Shown here: one piece after another, positions 10,371 through 21,828 of the stretch | How the letters are laid out: every line of letters starts with the position of its first letter | How positions within the stretch are numbered: the stretch's first letter is position 1 | Assembly: GCF_046119375.1 (NCBI RefSeq) | Contig: NW_027362768.1 | Location: 327,360,001-327,424,000 of the forward strand | Source: Phyllobates terribilis | Taxonomy: Eukaryota | Reading direction: 5' to 3' | Length of the DNA: 64,000 nt | Notes under the pieces: model-generated | The model's input: the letters and a program-made list of their open reading frames with translations, nothing else | Told to the model about the DNA's origin: nothing | Database searches by the model: none | Translations under genes and position numbers: made by a program

Positions 10371-11387
10371 AGGAATAATTTTTAGTGGGGTATGAAGAAA
10401 ACGTCAATTGTTCAGAGGAATTCAAAAAAAACAAAACAAAAAATAGTAATCTTGCATCATGAAGATATGTTCACCAATAAACCATAAAACATCAGCAGAA
10501 CTATGATACAATGGGCAAAAAAAAAAAACTGTCAAGCTGAAAGCAACAAAGAAAAAAAAAATATACCCTAAATTGAGACAATCTGCTGAGAAATAAAACA
10601 AGCCGGGGGGCTCCTTCTGCTGCGGGTGGTCTCAGAAAAAAAAAAAAAAAAAAGGCATTATTGCAAACTGCAGCAAAGGCCTTTATCACCAATCCTCATT
10701 GCATAAGCAAAATATAGTTTAGTCTTGGCCAACACATGGTTAAAATAAATGAGAATTGGTGTCGATTCAAATAGTGTTTCCATAAAGGTTTTTAGCAAAA
10801 AAAATATTTTTTGGCATGGATGAAAAATAAATAGATATGGAATGCTATGTTTTAATTCAGCAGAAAGTCTTAAGGAATGACACAAGGAAGGAGAAGATGG
10901 AGGGAGGGGGACACTTCAAAAAGGAAAAAAAACATCAGTAAAGCAAGAATTCTGCAAAGTGTGCAATAATTAAAACAGCCCGACTTTACATAGGAGAGCT
11001 GCGACCGACTCAGAAATGACATTGTGTTCATCTTGAGAGAAAGGAGGGAGAGAGAGCGCGGGGCATTACAAGGGGAGAAGGAGGGGAAGCAGTCAAATCT
11101 ATAGCATCACAAGAATTATTTCCAGACATGTAAAGGAGAAGTAAAACCAGAAAAACACTTTCACATAAGGGAGAATTTATTATTTTCTGCTTTATATCTA
11201 GCCACGTTGCTCTGAAGGCAATATGACGACCCGGTAAAAGTAACCGGCAACAAAAACAATCTGGAAACTTTTTAGAGTGTTTGCCGCCCCCCATTCCATT
11301 TCTTTATACCATTTTAGAACTAGTTTGGATGTTACGCGCCTAGACCACTTCTAATTCATTGTGTCCTCTGCTGAACGCCGATCCTTC

Positions 11388-11474
11388 TTAGCGCTTGGAG
11401 AGCTCGTTTGATAGCCAGTCCAGTCCTTCGTACAGACCAGTCCCCTGAGTTGCGCATGTTGCTTGCACGTACCA
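11388..11474 (-). CDS. ARF4: ARF4 coding exon 6 (WYVQATCATQGTGLYEGLDWLSNELSKR*)
   Basis: TTTTAG acceptor, 87 nt, TAA stop. Matches the ARF4 C-terminus. Confidence 0.97.
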   Translation of the reverse strand, partial: WYVQATCATQGTGLYEGLDWLSNELSKR

Positions 11475-11618
11475 CTAAAAGACAAGAGAGAATAAGTCGC
11501 AAACTTCTTAGAAGTATTCAATATCAAATATAGATGTATTTTTAAACCCTTCTCGACATATGTCCTACATCAGGTGCATGGAGCAGGCTCAAGAACCGGA
11601 TCCAAATGAAAGAATTAA

Positions 11619-11967
11619 AGGGGTATTCCCATCTCCCAAGATCCGATCCCAATATATAGTAGGAATAATAATTAATAAATAATTATTAGCAATTACCTTC
11701 AGTTAGAAATGTATAGTTCAGTTAGAAATGTCCCTTTTCTCATGAGCAGGCATTGCAGAACCTTAGGTATCCATGGTTACGACCACAGTGACAGATAGTT
11801 GCTAGTGATCATAACCATGGATACCTAAGGTCCTGCAATGCTTGCACATGATGAAAGACATAGTGAATCAGATAAACTATACTACATTTATAATTGGAGG
11901 TATTTCCTAATATTATTACTACACCTACTGCATATTGAAATAGGATCTTGGAGATGGGAATACCCCT
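11619..11967. mobile_element. TTAA-target (T2/Kolobok-type) MITE
   Basis: TTAA|AGGGGTATTCCCATCTCCCAAGATCC ... GGATCTTGGAGATGGGAATACCCCT|TTAA, with an internal palindrome at 11740-11850. Confidence 0.9.
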
Positions 11968-11971
11968 TTAA

Positions 11972-12115
11972 GTCCATTGAGTTCAACCTGTAGTTTAAGA
12001 TGTTGATCCAGAGGAAGGTGAAACCCCCATAAGGAAGAAGCCAATAGCCCCATATTAGAGGAAAAATTCCTTCCGACTCCAGATATGGCAATGAGACTAG
12101 TTCCCTGGATCAACA
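11972..12115 (-). mobile_element. CR1 3' UTR fragment
   Basis: The reverse complement (CCTTCCTCTGGATCAAC...AGGTTGAACTCAATGGAC) matches the CR1 3' UTR at ~1255-1325. Confidence 0.6.
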
Positions 12116-12159
12116 AAGTCATATTTGGTATCACCACGTCCATAAAAGTCCAATATATT

Positions 12160-12501
12160 AAAATATAGAATTAATTTAGGTGTTAAAAAGTGATCAGATC
12201 AAAACATGTCACCCTAAATATACCGTTAAAAAAACCCTACAGCCTGCCACAAAAAAAAAAAAACAAAAACACACTTACACAGCTCCATCAATGATTTAAA
12301 AAAAAAAGAAAAAAAAGGTTCGTTTTTCCCCAAAAGCTCTAAATATTTTATCAATTAAAAAAAAAAACATTGTGCTAAAACAATGAAGCTAAAAATAAAA
12401 CCCAAGGAACTAAAGGCAGAATTGCATTTTATTATACTTGGAATTTTATGGTTTTAAAAACATGGGGGGGGGGGGGGGGAGCGGGCTGATCATGAAGGGG
12501 T
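12160..12501. mobile_element. Fragment of a piggyBac-like non-autonomous element
   Basis: Ends in AAGGGGTTAA like the 28921-34924 element. The interior resembles 30100-30250. Confidence 0.45.
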
Positions 12502-13003
12502 TAAATATGCAAATCTATGGGTTATGGATAGTGTCAGTAGACCACTATACACTTTTTATAACATGGGTGACTGCGCCCTTAAAAAAGAAAAAAAGAAAAA
12601 TTATATATATACACACACACACACATTATATTTTATAATATGTCACATTGTCCAACAAACACATTGTCTACGTAAAAGGATAGATGATAAATGTAAGATC
12701 GCAGAGATTCCCGCTGATCCCAAACATGGGGATCTAAAGTCCGATGTGTAACTAGAACAGCAGCGAGCATGTGTGACCACTGCTCCAAAGGACACACATG
12801 CTCAGTACCACTACATCCACACAGATTGGGGAACTCGTGTTCTCAGGATTGTGGCGGCTCCAGCAGAAGGACCATCAGCAACCATACATATAACCCGTAT
12901 CCTTTGGATAGGCATCCCCCACCCCCGAACAAATCCTTAGAGGACTAAGATAAAAGGACACCATACAGAAGACTGACGATGATGGTGAGGAGGATGTACT
13001 CAC

Positions 13004-13129
13004 AGTCCTGTTGCGTAGAGTCTGAAGCGTCAGCTTATCGGTCATCTCGCTAATGGCCATAGCGTTGGGCAAATCTTGTTTGTTGGCAAACACCAGCAGC
13101 ACGGCATCCCTCAGCTCATCTTCTTGGAG
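13004..13129 (-). CDS. ARF4: ARF4 coding exon 5 ([42 protein letters not shown])
   Basis: 126 nt, G4 NKQD motif, TTTCAG acceptor and GTGAGT donor. Confidence 0.97.
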
Positions 13130-13894
13130 CTGAAAACAAGAGCAGCCATCTGTTAGGTGACCGTATAGAGAGTACATACAACTACAAGTCTGCATTTATC
13201 TGCTGCGACACAGAGGATATAATTCTGGCTGTACAGGATCGCCCTAAAAGACGCCCACAATGCAGCAGCAGAATATCTTGTACCAGCCATCAACAATGCC
13301 ATCTGCTGCAAGAAGTCAGCGCTTAAGTCATGCAACTAGTTACTAAAATGGGCTGATATAATTATGAACCTTCTTCTCTTAGAACTGTTGTGCTATTCCT
13401 CTGTTGTTCCTCCTGGAAATGTATGACTGATCTGACCGCTAGGCGGTAACATTCTTGTCAATAAGATGTTTTCCTGCACAACTTTGACACGTTTTGGGTT
13501 GCTGCCGGATAGAGTTTGTGATGGTGATTTTTTTTTTTTTTTTTTTTTTTTTACAATCTTTGGTATATAAAAAAAATAAAAGCGAAACTAATATTTAAGA
13601 AAACGTGCCCCTAAGTGGTTAAAGTAGCGACAGGGGATATTTTACTAGTCGATTCCCCCTGTAACAGGTCCCAAAAGGTGGACAAAGCTCTTTAAAGCCA
13701 GAAGCCCACAATGCAGCAGTGTGTGGATGAGACACACCCACCTGCGGCCACCAATCAGTGCATGACTTTGTGGTTACACTAAGGTGTTACCTGCAAACTT
13801 GTTTGCTCATTGGCCCCTACAGGTGGGCACCGGGCCGGCGCCAGCACCCGGGCAAGTGCCAAGGCTCTGAGCAAGTAGGGGGGACCCACTCGCC

Positions 13895-14015
13895 ACGTGG
13901 TGCCCATTATACTGCATGGAGGGCCACGTGGTGCCCATTATACTGCATGGAGGGCCACGTGGTGCCCATTATACTGCATGGAGGGCCACGTGGTGCCCAT
14001 TATACTGCATGGAGG
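13895..14015. repeat. 31-bp minisatellite, ~3.7 copies
   Basis: (GAGGGCCACGTGGTGCCCATTATACTGCATG)n. Confidence 0.9.
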
Positions 14016-14089
14016 AACCGAGGAAATCACAAAGAAAATTAGATTAAAGTGGAAGAATTTTTTTGAACCTCGTCTTCTTAGGCTCTTAC

Positions 14090-14161
14090 CATCTTCTGTA
14101 ACTCCTCCGCGGCTTCCTGGATTCGCTCTCTGTCATTACTGTCTACAACAAAAATGAGGCC
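14090..14161 (-). CDS. ARF4: ARF4 coding exon 4 (GLIFVVDSNDRERIQEAAEELQKM)
   Basis: 72 nt, TTTTCTAG acceptor and GTAAGA donor. Confidence 0.96.
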
Positions 14162-14775
14162 CTAGAAAACAGAACAAAAACAATGAGTGCCATGTAACTG
14201 AAAACACACCCAAAAAAAAAACAAAACAAAACTATTATAATCCTCATCACCGCCAGTTGCAACTCTATGGTGACATGTCAGTGCAGAGGACATCAATGTG
14301 TCATGCATCTTCAGCCAAGAATCCACATGATGTGCGGCCCCCCGAGTGCATTACGTACGGCCCACATCTACAATGTGTTACACAGGAGCAGATTGCAGCT
14401 CCGCATCACGTCCTAATAAATGTTCCCTCACACTGGGTGAAACGCCAGGTCTGCCAGGAAGTGGGAGCTGGCTGTACATGCATGGCTAGTGCGACCTGGA
14501 GATTCACACCACACGGTGCCTGTGAAGCTCAGCCACCTGGATACAGCAGAGGCCGCTCTGTGATCAGCGTTGCACAGAAAGTAGAGATGTCACCGCTCCA
14601 CTAGCAGCAGGACTGCTGCAGCTTGTGATTGGCAGGTGGCACAACGATGTCTTGTCTTCCTGTGTCAGCAGAGATCACAGAGCTGCCTGCACTGAACCCA
14701 GGTAGGTATCACTGAGATTGATATTTTTATAGCTCAAAGCCCCTGTGGGTTTTTTTGGTCCAGATTACCCCATTA

Positions 14776-14970
<195 letters not shown>

Positions 14971-15989
14971 TTAAAAGCATAAAAAGCCGAGCCTGTAACT
15001 CATTCCAAATTATCACATCACCCCCCGTACAATGTTTCTGGGCCACAAAAAAAAAAAAGGTGCAAGAGAAACACCCGTGGGGCTCGTTACAGCTCCAATA
15101 TGGAAATTATTGGCGCTTGTGTAGCCGCACTTTTCTGCAATTAATCTCCTACCTCTTATTGATTAAATGCAAATTATTTGTTTCAAGGTGCAATTACGAA
15201 GTGTGCTGTACAGAGCGGCCACCGGTCTCCTGACCAGATCTCGACAGCATCGTCAGATATGCTTTAAGGTTGCTGATCTCGGGCCAGTAGACCCATGGCC
15301 GGTCCTTGCATCGCACTTCGTACTCATAACGCAAGACAAGGATGAGTGAAAACGGCTCAAGACATCTGCATTTCTTCAAGGCCACCATTACCGTATATGC
15401 TGCATCTGGATGGAAATAAAGAACGTGGACGCGCTATATGGGGCTATTCGCTTGCCCTACTCATGTTTTGAGGACAGAGCTCTCCCATTCAATTGAATGG
15501 ATGGGAAAAAAAATGGTAGCACAAGGTCGGCAGGATAAGATACGCTTGGGGAACCTTCGGACAATTTGTTTTTATTATTTTTAAGTATGAGAAAACAGAC
15601 CAGGAGAAAAAAAAATTTGGTAGCCAAAATCTCAATGTTCATATAATGACATGAAATAATGGCATTTTTTTTTTAGAATTACTTCTCACCTAACTACTAG
15701 ATAAGAGAAATTGCTGGGGGTCGCACTACTTGGACCCCAATGTGGGTCTGTGCTCATCATTTGGAGCAGCTGTCACACAGGTAGCATGAATAACCTGCAA
15801 AATATACTGCATATATACACAAGTTCCTGCAATCAGAACGTATTACCCATCCATAATTTCAGTTTCCATCCATTCAAAGTCAAGGAGACCAGCGAAGCGC
15901 TTCGGCATCTCCAAAAGTCCCACAGACTTCGAATGGAGGGGCACCAAGTATGTGGACAGGCGAAACATTTGGATTGTAGAATATCCTTA

Positions 15990-16827
15990 GGCTGGGTGCC
16001 CACGTAGCATTTTTCAAGCGTATATGCTGCGGAATTTCCGCAGCGTAAACGCTTGAAAAACGCAAGTATATCCGCACCCCATGGTCCCCAATGGGATTCC
16101 GCAAGTTCTATGCACATGCTGCGGATTTTTCCGCAGCGTTTATGCTACGTACAAAAATCCGCAGCATGTCATTTAATTTTGCGGAAGCGCAGCGGAACTC
16201 CCGCCATTGACTTGCATTGAGACGCATAGAAACCGCGACTGTACATTTGTACAAGCGGCTTCTATGCGTCTCTATGTGCGGATGGTACCCAGTTCTGGAG
16301 GAGAGGAGACTCTCATCCAGACCTGGGTACCATTGTACCTGTAAAAAAAGAATAAAATAACAAATAAAGTTTATACTCACCTGTCCGGCGTCTTCTCTCT
16401 GAATGCCAGCAGCGCTGAAGGACCTTCGGTGACGTCACAGTCATGTGACCGCAGGCCCTTCACCGCTCTGTCTCGCGATATGCCGGCAGCCGGGAACCAG
16501 CCAGGAAGCAGCGCTGCAGCCACGCCGGGCATCGGGGGTGAGTATAGCTTTATTTGTTTTATTTTTACGGTTCACACTGTATAAATCCATGCTGTTTGCA
16601 TGGATTTATACAGTGTGACCTAGTTGTCAAGCACTTTCCAAGTGATGCTATCGCCTGGAAAGTGCTTGTCAATCTGCATGCGGAAACGCATGTGAACCCG
16701 CATGTGGATCCGCATGTATTCTGCAGGAAAAACGCATGCACAATCTGCATGCGTTTTTTTCTGCCAGGGAGATGCAGAAATGCTGCAGAAATTTTCTGCT
16801 TCATTTCTGCATCGTGGGCACATAGCC
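15990..16827. mobile_element. PIF/Harbinger-type MITE in ARF4 intron 2
   Basis: TTA|GGCTGGGTGCCCACG ... CGTGGGCACATAGCC|TAA. A reverse-oriented relative lies at 51931-52776. Confidence 0.88.
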
Positions 16828-17060
16828 TAATGAATTGCTGTACCAGCAGAGTTTTGAATTCAGCTCTGAATTCCATTATAAATAACAATACATTACTTTA
16901 CTGCTGGTTTTACATTACCGCCTATAATAGAGTTCAGAGCTGCATTCAAAATTCTGCTAATTATTAGAAACATATCAACCAAGCTATAATGCAGCGAGAC
17001 TATGCTATTACACAATGCCAGAGAGGAACGCTGAGATTTCAGCTCTGGAAATGTACTCAC

Positions 17061-17141
17061 CAATGGTGGGGATGGTTGTGACGATCTCTCCTAACTTCAG
17101 CTTGTACAGGATTGTCGTTTTACCGGCAGCATCAAGACCAA
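17061..17141 (-). CDS. ARF4: ARF4 coding exon 2 ([27 protein letters not shown])
   Basis: 81 nt, P-loop [15 protein letters not shown] acceptor and GTGAGT donor. Confidence 0.97.
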
Positions 17142-17984
17142 CTAAAAAGAAGAACGCATACATTAATATAATAGATCAGACGTAAACCTCCTCCTGCTAT
17201 AAAAGTATAGTTACAGTGTGAAGACACACTACCAAGCAGATAAGTGTGAAGCAGAGCAGGAGGCGCAGAGGCCGGAGCAGAGGAACAGCCACAGAACCAG
17301 CAGGACAGGTTCAGGCTGCGGTAAGGACGTTCCCTATTGCCACCAATGGGGAGCAGAGACTGCATTTTAAGGAGCAGGATGCCCATGCTCCATGTCTGAG
17401 TCGCCATAAATATGTATTTTTTCTGGCCGGACACATGATTGCACTGCTGGACCGAACGGTGCGCTCCCCCAGGCTGCGCCTCTGCAACATGGGAGCAGCG
17501 CAGGAGGGTGGCATCCGACGATCTGGCCGGTGCGGACCAAACAGACCCAACTTGTGCACCCCTTAGCCCTGACGTTTACCTAGATGTGACTGCAAGGTGG
17601 CCGGTAACCCAAGCAACGAGGCGTACACTAGAAAATGAATCCCTCCGTTATTAAAAATCCACCTTGTTTTCAAGAAGATTAAAGTTGCTTGTTATTACAA
17701 GAAAATTGCAATTTTACCCCTTTATGATACTGAAACAACCCACAGCTTGGGATACGACACCAGGATCTCATTCCACTGATGATCAGAAATCCTCTATTGG
17801 CCATTTAGCTTTCACTTAGATTGTAATGTTTATAAATGCAGGATATTAAACCCCCTGTAGCATCTACACAGGTAATTGTTTCACCAATACATTGACTTTA
17901 TATAGCCAATATTTATCGGTTTTGATAAGCACGTTTACGTTGTAATTACTGGTAAAATAACGTTGTGTCCAGAATAATTTTTTT

Positions 17985-18305
17985 ACCAGGTTAAATGCCG
18001 CTGTTCTCCTGAATCCAGTGATGTTTCTCTTTTGTTTCTGCTCCTCTCCGTTCCGGAGATATGGCCTCCTCTTCCCTGTATGTAAATCTAGTCTTGTTCC
18101 CTAAGGGGGTGTGGCCCTAAGCTCTTCTCTGTGGGTGTTCCCAGAAGTCCACACCCCCTTTGTGAACAATGACAAATTTACATACAGGGAAGAAGTGTTC
18201 ATATCTCAGGAACAGAGAAGCGCAGGAACAAGAGAAAAATAAAGTTGGATTTAGGAGAACATCGGAATATACACCAGGGGGAAAAATGACAAGTCCCCCT
18301 TAAAA
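17985..18305. mobile_element. TTAA-type MITE (family of 59918-60303)
   Basis: Shares AAATGCCGCTGTTCTCCTGAATCC...GAGATATGGCC / CATATCTCAGGAAC with the 60-kb copy. Ends CCCCCTTAA. Confidence 0.7.
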
Positions 18306-18629
18306 TGGCAATATCTTCCTAGGATAGTTCAATTACAGGTGGACACCGTCATTATGTTTGTTCCGTATCTATTACAGCAGATGGGATAATGGGAAAAAAA
18401 AAAAACACTTGGCAATTATAACCAATGTGGTGGCTCAGGAGGGAGGATTAGATGCCCTTAGTTGCTGGAGTAAATACACAACAAATCAATGTAAATGTCA
18501 ATGGCATAAGGTCTCATCTCCAGTTACCAGAGCAAACAATCCATTCTACCGGGACCAGCGCCAAGAATGACATGTGCAGTCAAAAGACACACAAAAAAGA
18601 GCAATGTGTCATCAGGATCCCAACAGTAA

Positions 18630-19926
18630 GGCTATGTTCACACATTGCGTTTTTTTGTTTGTTTTTTTTACTGCAGCAAAACCTGATCTCTTGGCAGGAA
18701 AGAAGCTGCATCAAAAACACAGGTTTTGGTGCGTTTTTCAGAATCCCACAGTTCAGCTTTGCTTCAGCCACAGAAGCATGAACACAGGTCACCAATGCAA
18801 GACATATGAAACCATATTAACCAGAATTATAAATGTAACAGTGGGGGGAGGTGAGTAGTTCAGGAATAGTTTATCTAAGACACTGGCAGTGCATTGAGTT
18901 TGTAGGACACTATTTACTTTCACACTATGGTCTGCCATTCAGTTGAACAGGCATTGCTCAATTTCACACCTCCTTGTGCCACAGGTATTGTTACATCTCA
19001 CACCTAGCTCAGCCAATGTTTACAATGTACACATCACTAATTTAATTAAACTCTCCTAATACAAACTATCATCTGAGTGACCAAGACAAGATGTTAAAAA
19101 TCACAAAAATAAATGTGTTTCACATACAGCTGTGCTTGCTTATACCTAAAAACACAGCAAAACCTGATAGCCATGTTCACACGAAAAAACGGTGAAAGAA
19201 GTGACATGCTCTATTTTGCAAAAAAACATGCAGAGCACAAAATCCCGATATAAAAACAAGATGTGTCCATGAGATTTCTGGAATCTCAAGACTTTGCTGG
19301 TTCTATAAAAAGCAGCTGCAAATTTGCATAAAAAAATGCATCAAAAACCAAGATGTGTGAACATAGCCTAAGGGGCGAGGACTACTGGGCGCTGTTTTCG
19401 GAAATCTCTGGCGGTCCCATAAGAAATGAATGGAGAGGTGTATCATTATGAGTCCCAATCTTGATAGGGGTTCCAGAAGTTGGACCTGCACCAATCAGAA
19501 AGTGAACACCTCTCTCATGGGATACATGTTGTGTCATGAACGCAAAGTCTATGAGAAACCAGAATTCTCTGTTCACCCATCATGGGTTTTTTTTTTAATC
19601 AAGACTTTGTGCCTTGCATGTTTTTTGGAAAATAGAGCATGTCACTTTTTCAGCATTTTTTCACCCATAAAGTAATGGGTGGTGAAAAAAAGAGCATCAA
19701 AATTTGTATCAGCTTTTTTTTTTTTTTTTTTAGCATTTTTTTTTTTTTTAGCATTTTTGATGTTAAAATAAGGTTCTTTTTTTCACAGAACTTTATGTAC
19801 ATGCATAAAAAGAGACAAAGTGAAAAAAAAAACGCACCAAAATGAAAAATCCTGAATAAAATGCCCTTGAAGATCAGGTTTTGCTGCAGAAAATTGACAA
19901 AAAAAACATATGTGAACATAGCCTAA
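18630..19926. mobile_element. Cluster of nested or adjacent Harbinger-type MITEs
   Basis: TAAGGCTATGTTCACAC at ~18627. GTGAACATAGCCTAA at ~19356 and ~19912. AAAACCTGATC / GATCAGGTTTT inverted pair. Confidence 0.6.
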
Positions 19927-20489
19927 TATTTCCCTGCTGCTCCCGAGTATTCAGTTTTAGCAAATTATAACATATGTTGTATATATTTTTTCAGTTATAT
20001 GGGCCTTTTTATTTAGTGCTACTCTGTATGTTCTTTATAACAGGGCGGTGCTCAAGGGGTAATATAATGTAGAACTGCCCCAATATAATCTCTTGACCAC
20101 ACCCCCTTAGTAAAGACCATGAATATTATTAGCAAACCCTTATCTCTGGTGGATTAAGAATAAAAAAAGTGAATTCTAAGGGGAGCAGCAAACATATGGC
20201 AGGCACAAATCCTGGTCACACTGACTAGGTGGTCTTTTAGTGGAGGGCACTCTCAGAGGAGTCTATGGGGAGATCACACCTCCTCAGTGTGTGATCGGCC
20301 CATGAATGGGTTTGGGGTGGGACGTCACTGGGACTTTGTTGAGGAGGTTAATGGAGTTTCTCCTGGAGACAGAACAGCTCAGCTGTGCAATAAGGGAGCA
20401 ACCAAGGGACCTTTAATCTGACCCTTTGACGGACGCCCCCCAAATATTAATTGTCCACTGCAGTGCTCTTAGTTTAGAGGTGAGCGATC

Positions 20490-21828
20490 CCTGTAGATCC
20501 CAATCCTCTGGTGTCTCTGGAGTTGGCACCGGCGGATCCTTCATCCCATTTGTTCATCTGGATATTAACCAAGCAAGGGTCGGGCACTGCTAACAGTCCG
20601 ATGCCAACGAGCAGCACACACTGCAAGCTGTAGTGCCGGCGTCCCTGCCCTCTGCTAGGCAGGGACGCTGTTCCCCTCACCGCTCTGCTCCGTGCCCGGC
20701 GTCCCTCTCCCGCTCTGCTGGCAGCGCGCGCTCCTTCCCGGCCACTGTGCTTAGGGCGCGCGCCCTCCCTCCCTCTTAAAGGGGCCGCGCGCGCCGTCCT
20801 AAGGAGTCCCCGGCCAATGGCCGGAGGACTTTACCATATATAAGGCACCTCCTCCAAAATGGAGGTGCCCGAGCAATGTTGTTGCACCGTTCTACTCTGC
20901 TTCAGCCCTCAGGTCCCGTTGCCAGTTACCTGCCAGTTACCTGCCAGATTCCTGCCAGCTTGCTGTCCTAATCCTGCCTGATTTCCTGTTACCTGCCTGC
21001 CTGCGGTCCGACGGTCTGCCTTACAACTCCGGTCAGTCTGTCTAAGGACCAACTTGCCCGCTCACCTGGGAGCGCACATCAGCTACCTGCCTGCTTGCCT
21101 GAGGTCCGACGGTCTGCCTTACAACTCCGGTCAGTCTGTCTATGGACCAGCTTGCCCGCTCACCTGGGAGCGCTTCTCCGCTACCTGCCTGCTTGCCTGC
21201 CCGGAGGCTCCGCTGTCACGTGCTGTGACCATCAGCTATTCCAGACTCTTGCCCGCTCACCTGGGAGCGCTTCTCCGCTACCTGCCTGCTTGCCTGCCCG
21301 GAGGCTCCGCTGTCACGTGCTGTGACCACCAGCTATTCCAGACTCTTGCCCGCTCACCTGGGAGCGCTTCTCCACTACCTGCCTGCTTGCCTACCTGGAG
21401 GCTCCGCCGTCACGTGCTGTGACCACCTGCTATTCCAGAGACTCTCGCTTGCTCACCTGGGAGCACACATCCTCCATCTGCCTTGCTAGCCTCCCTGGAG
21501 GTTCAGCCATCACTGGTCGTACCTACCCTTTACCTAGAGACTGCCCCGGTCACTTGCCGTGACCTCCAGCCTGTTCTTCCAGAGACTGCCCCGGTCACTT
21601 GCCGTGACCTCCAGCCTGTTCTTCCAGAGACTGCCCCGGTCACTTGCCGTGACCTCCAGCCCGTTCTTCCAGAGACTGCCCTGATCACTTGCCGTGACCT
21701 CCTGTCCGTACACCCAGAGACTGTCCCGGTCACCTGCTGTGACTGCCTGCCTGATCGCCACCCGCTCCCTTACAAGGACCGCTCCCTTGTATAGTAGCCC
21801 AGAGGTTCCGCCTCCCAGACCCGTTACA
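20490..21828 (+). mobile_element. LTR-like sequence (probable solo LTR) with internal tandem repeats
   Basis: CCAAT (20815) and TATATAAG (20838) after a GC-rich block, ~110-bp repeats at 21000-21470, 45-bp repeats at 21534-21750, and a terminal CCGTTACA. The 5' end and TSD could not be fixed. Confidence 0.5.

Noticed and set aside
12875-13003. Read-through of ARF4 exon 5 giving an alternative C-terminus
   Set aside because: The donor is a strong GTGAGT, and a ~40-codon open stretch is unremarkable.
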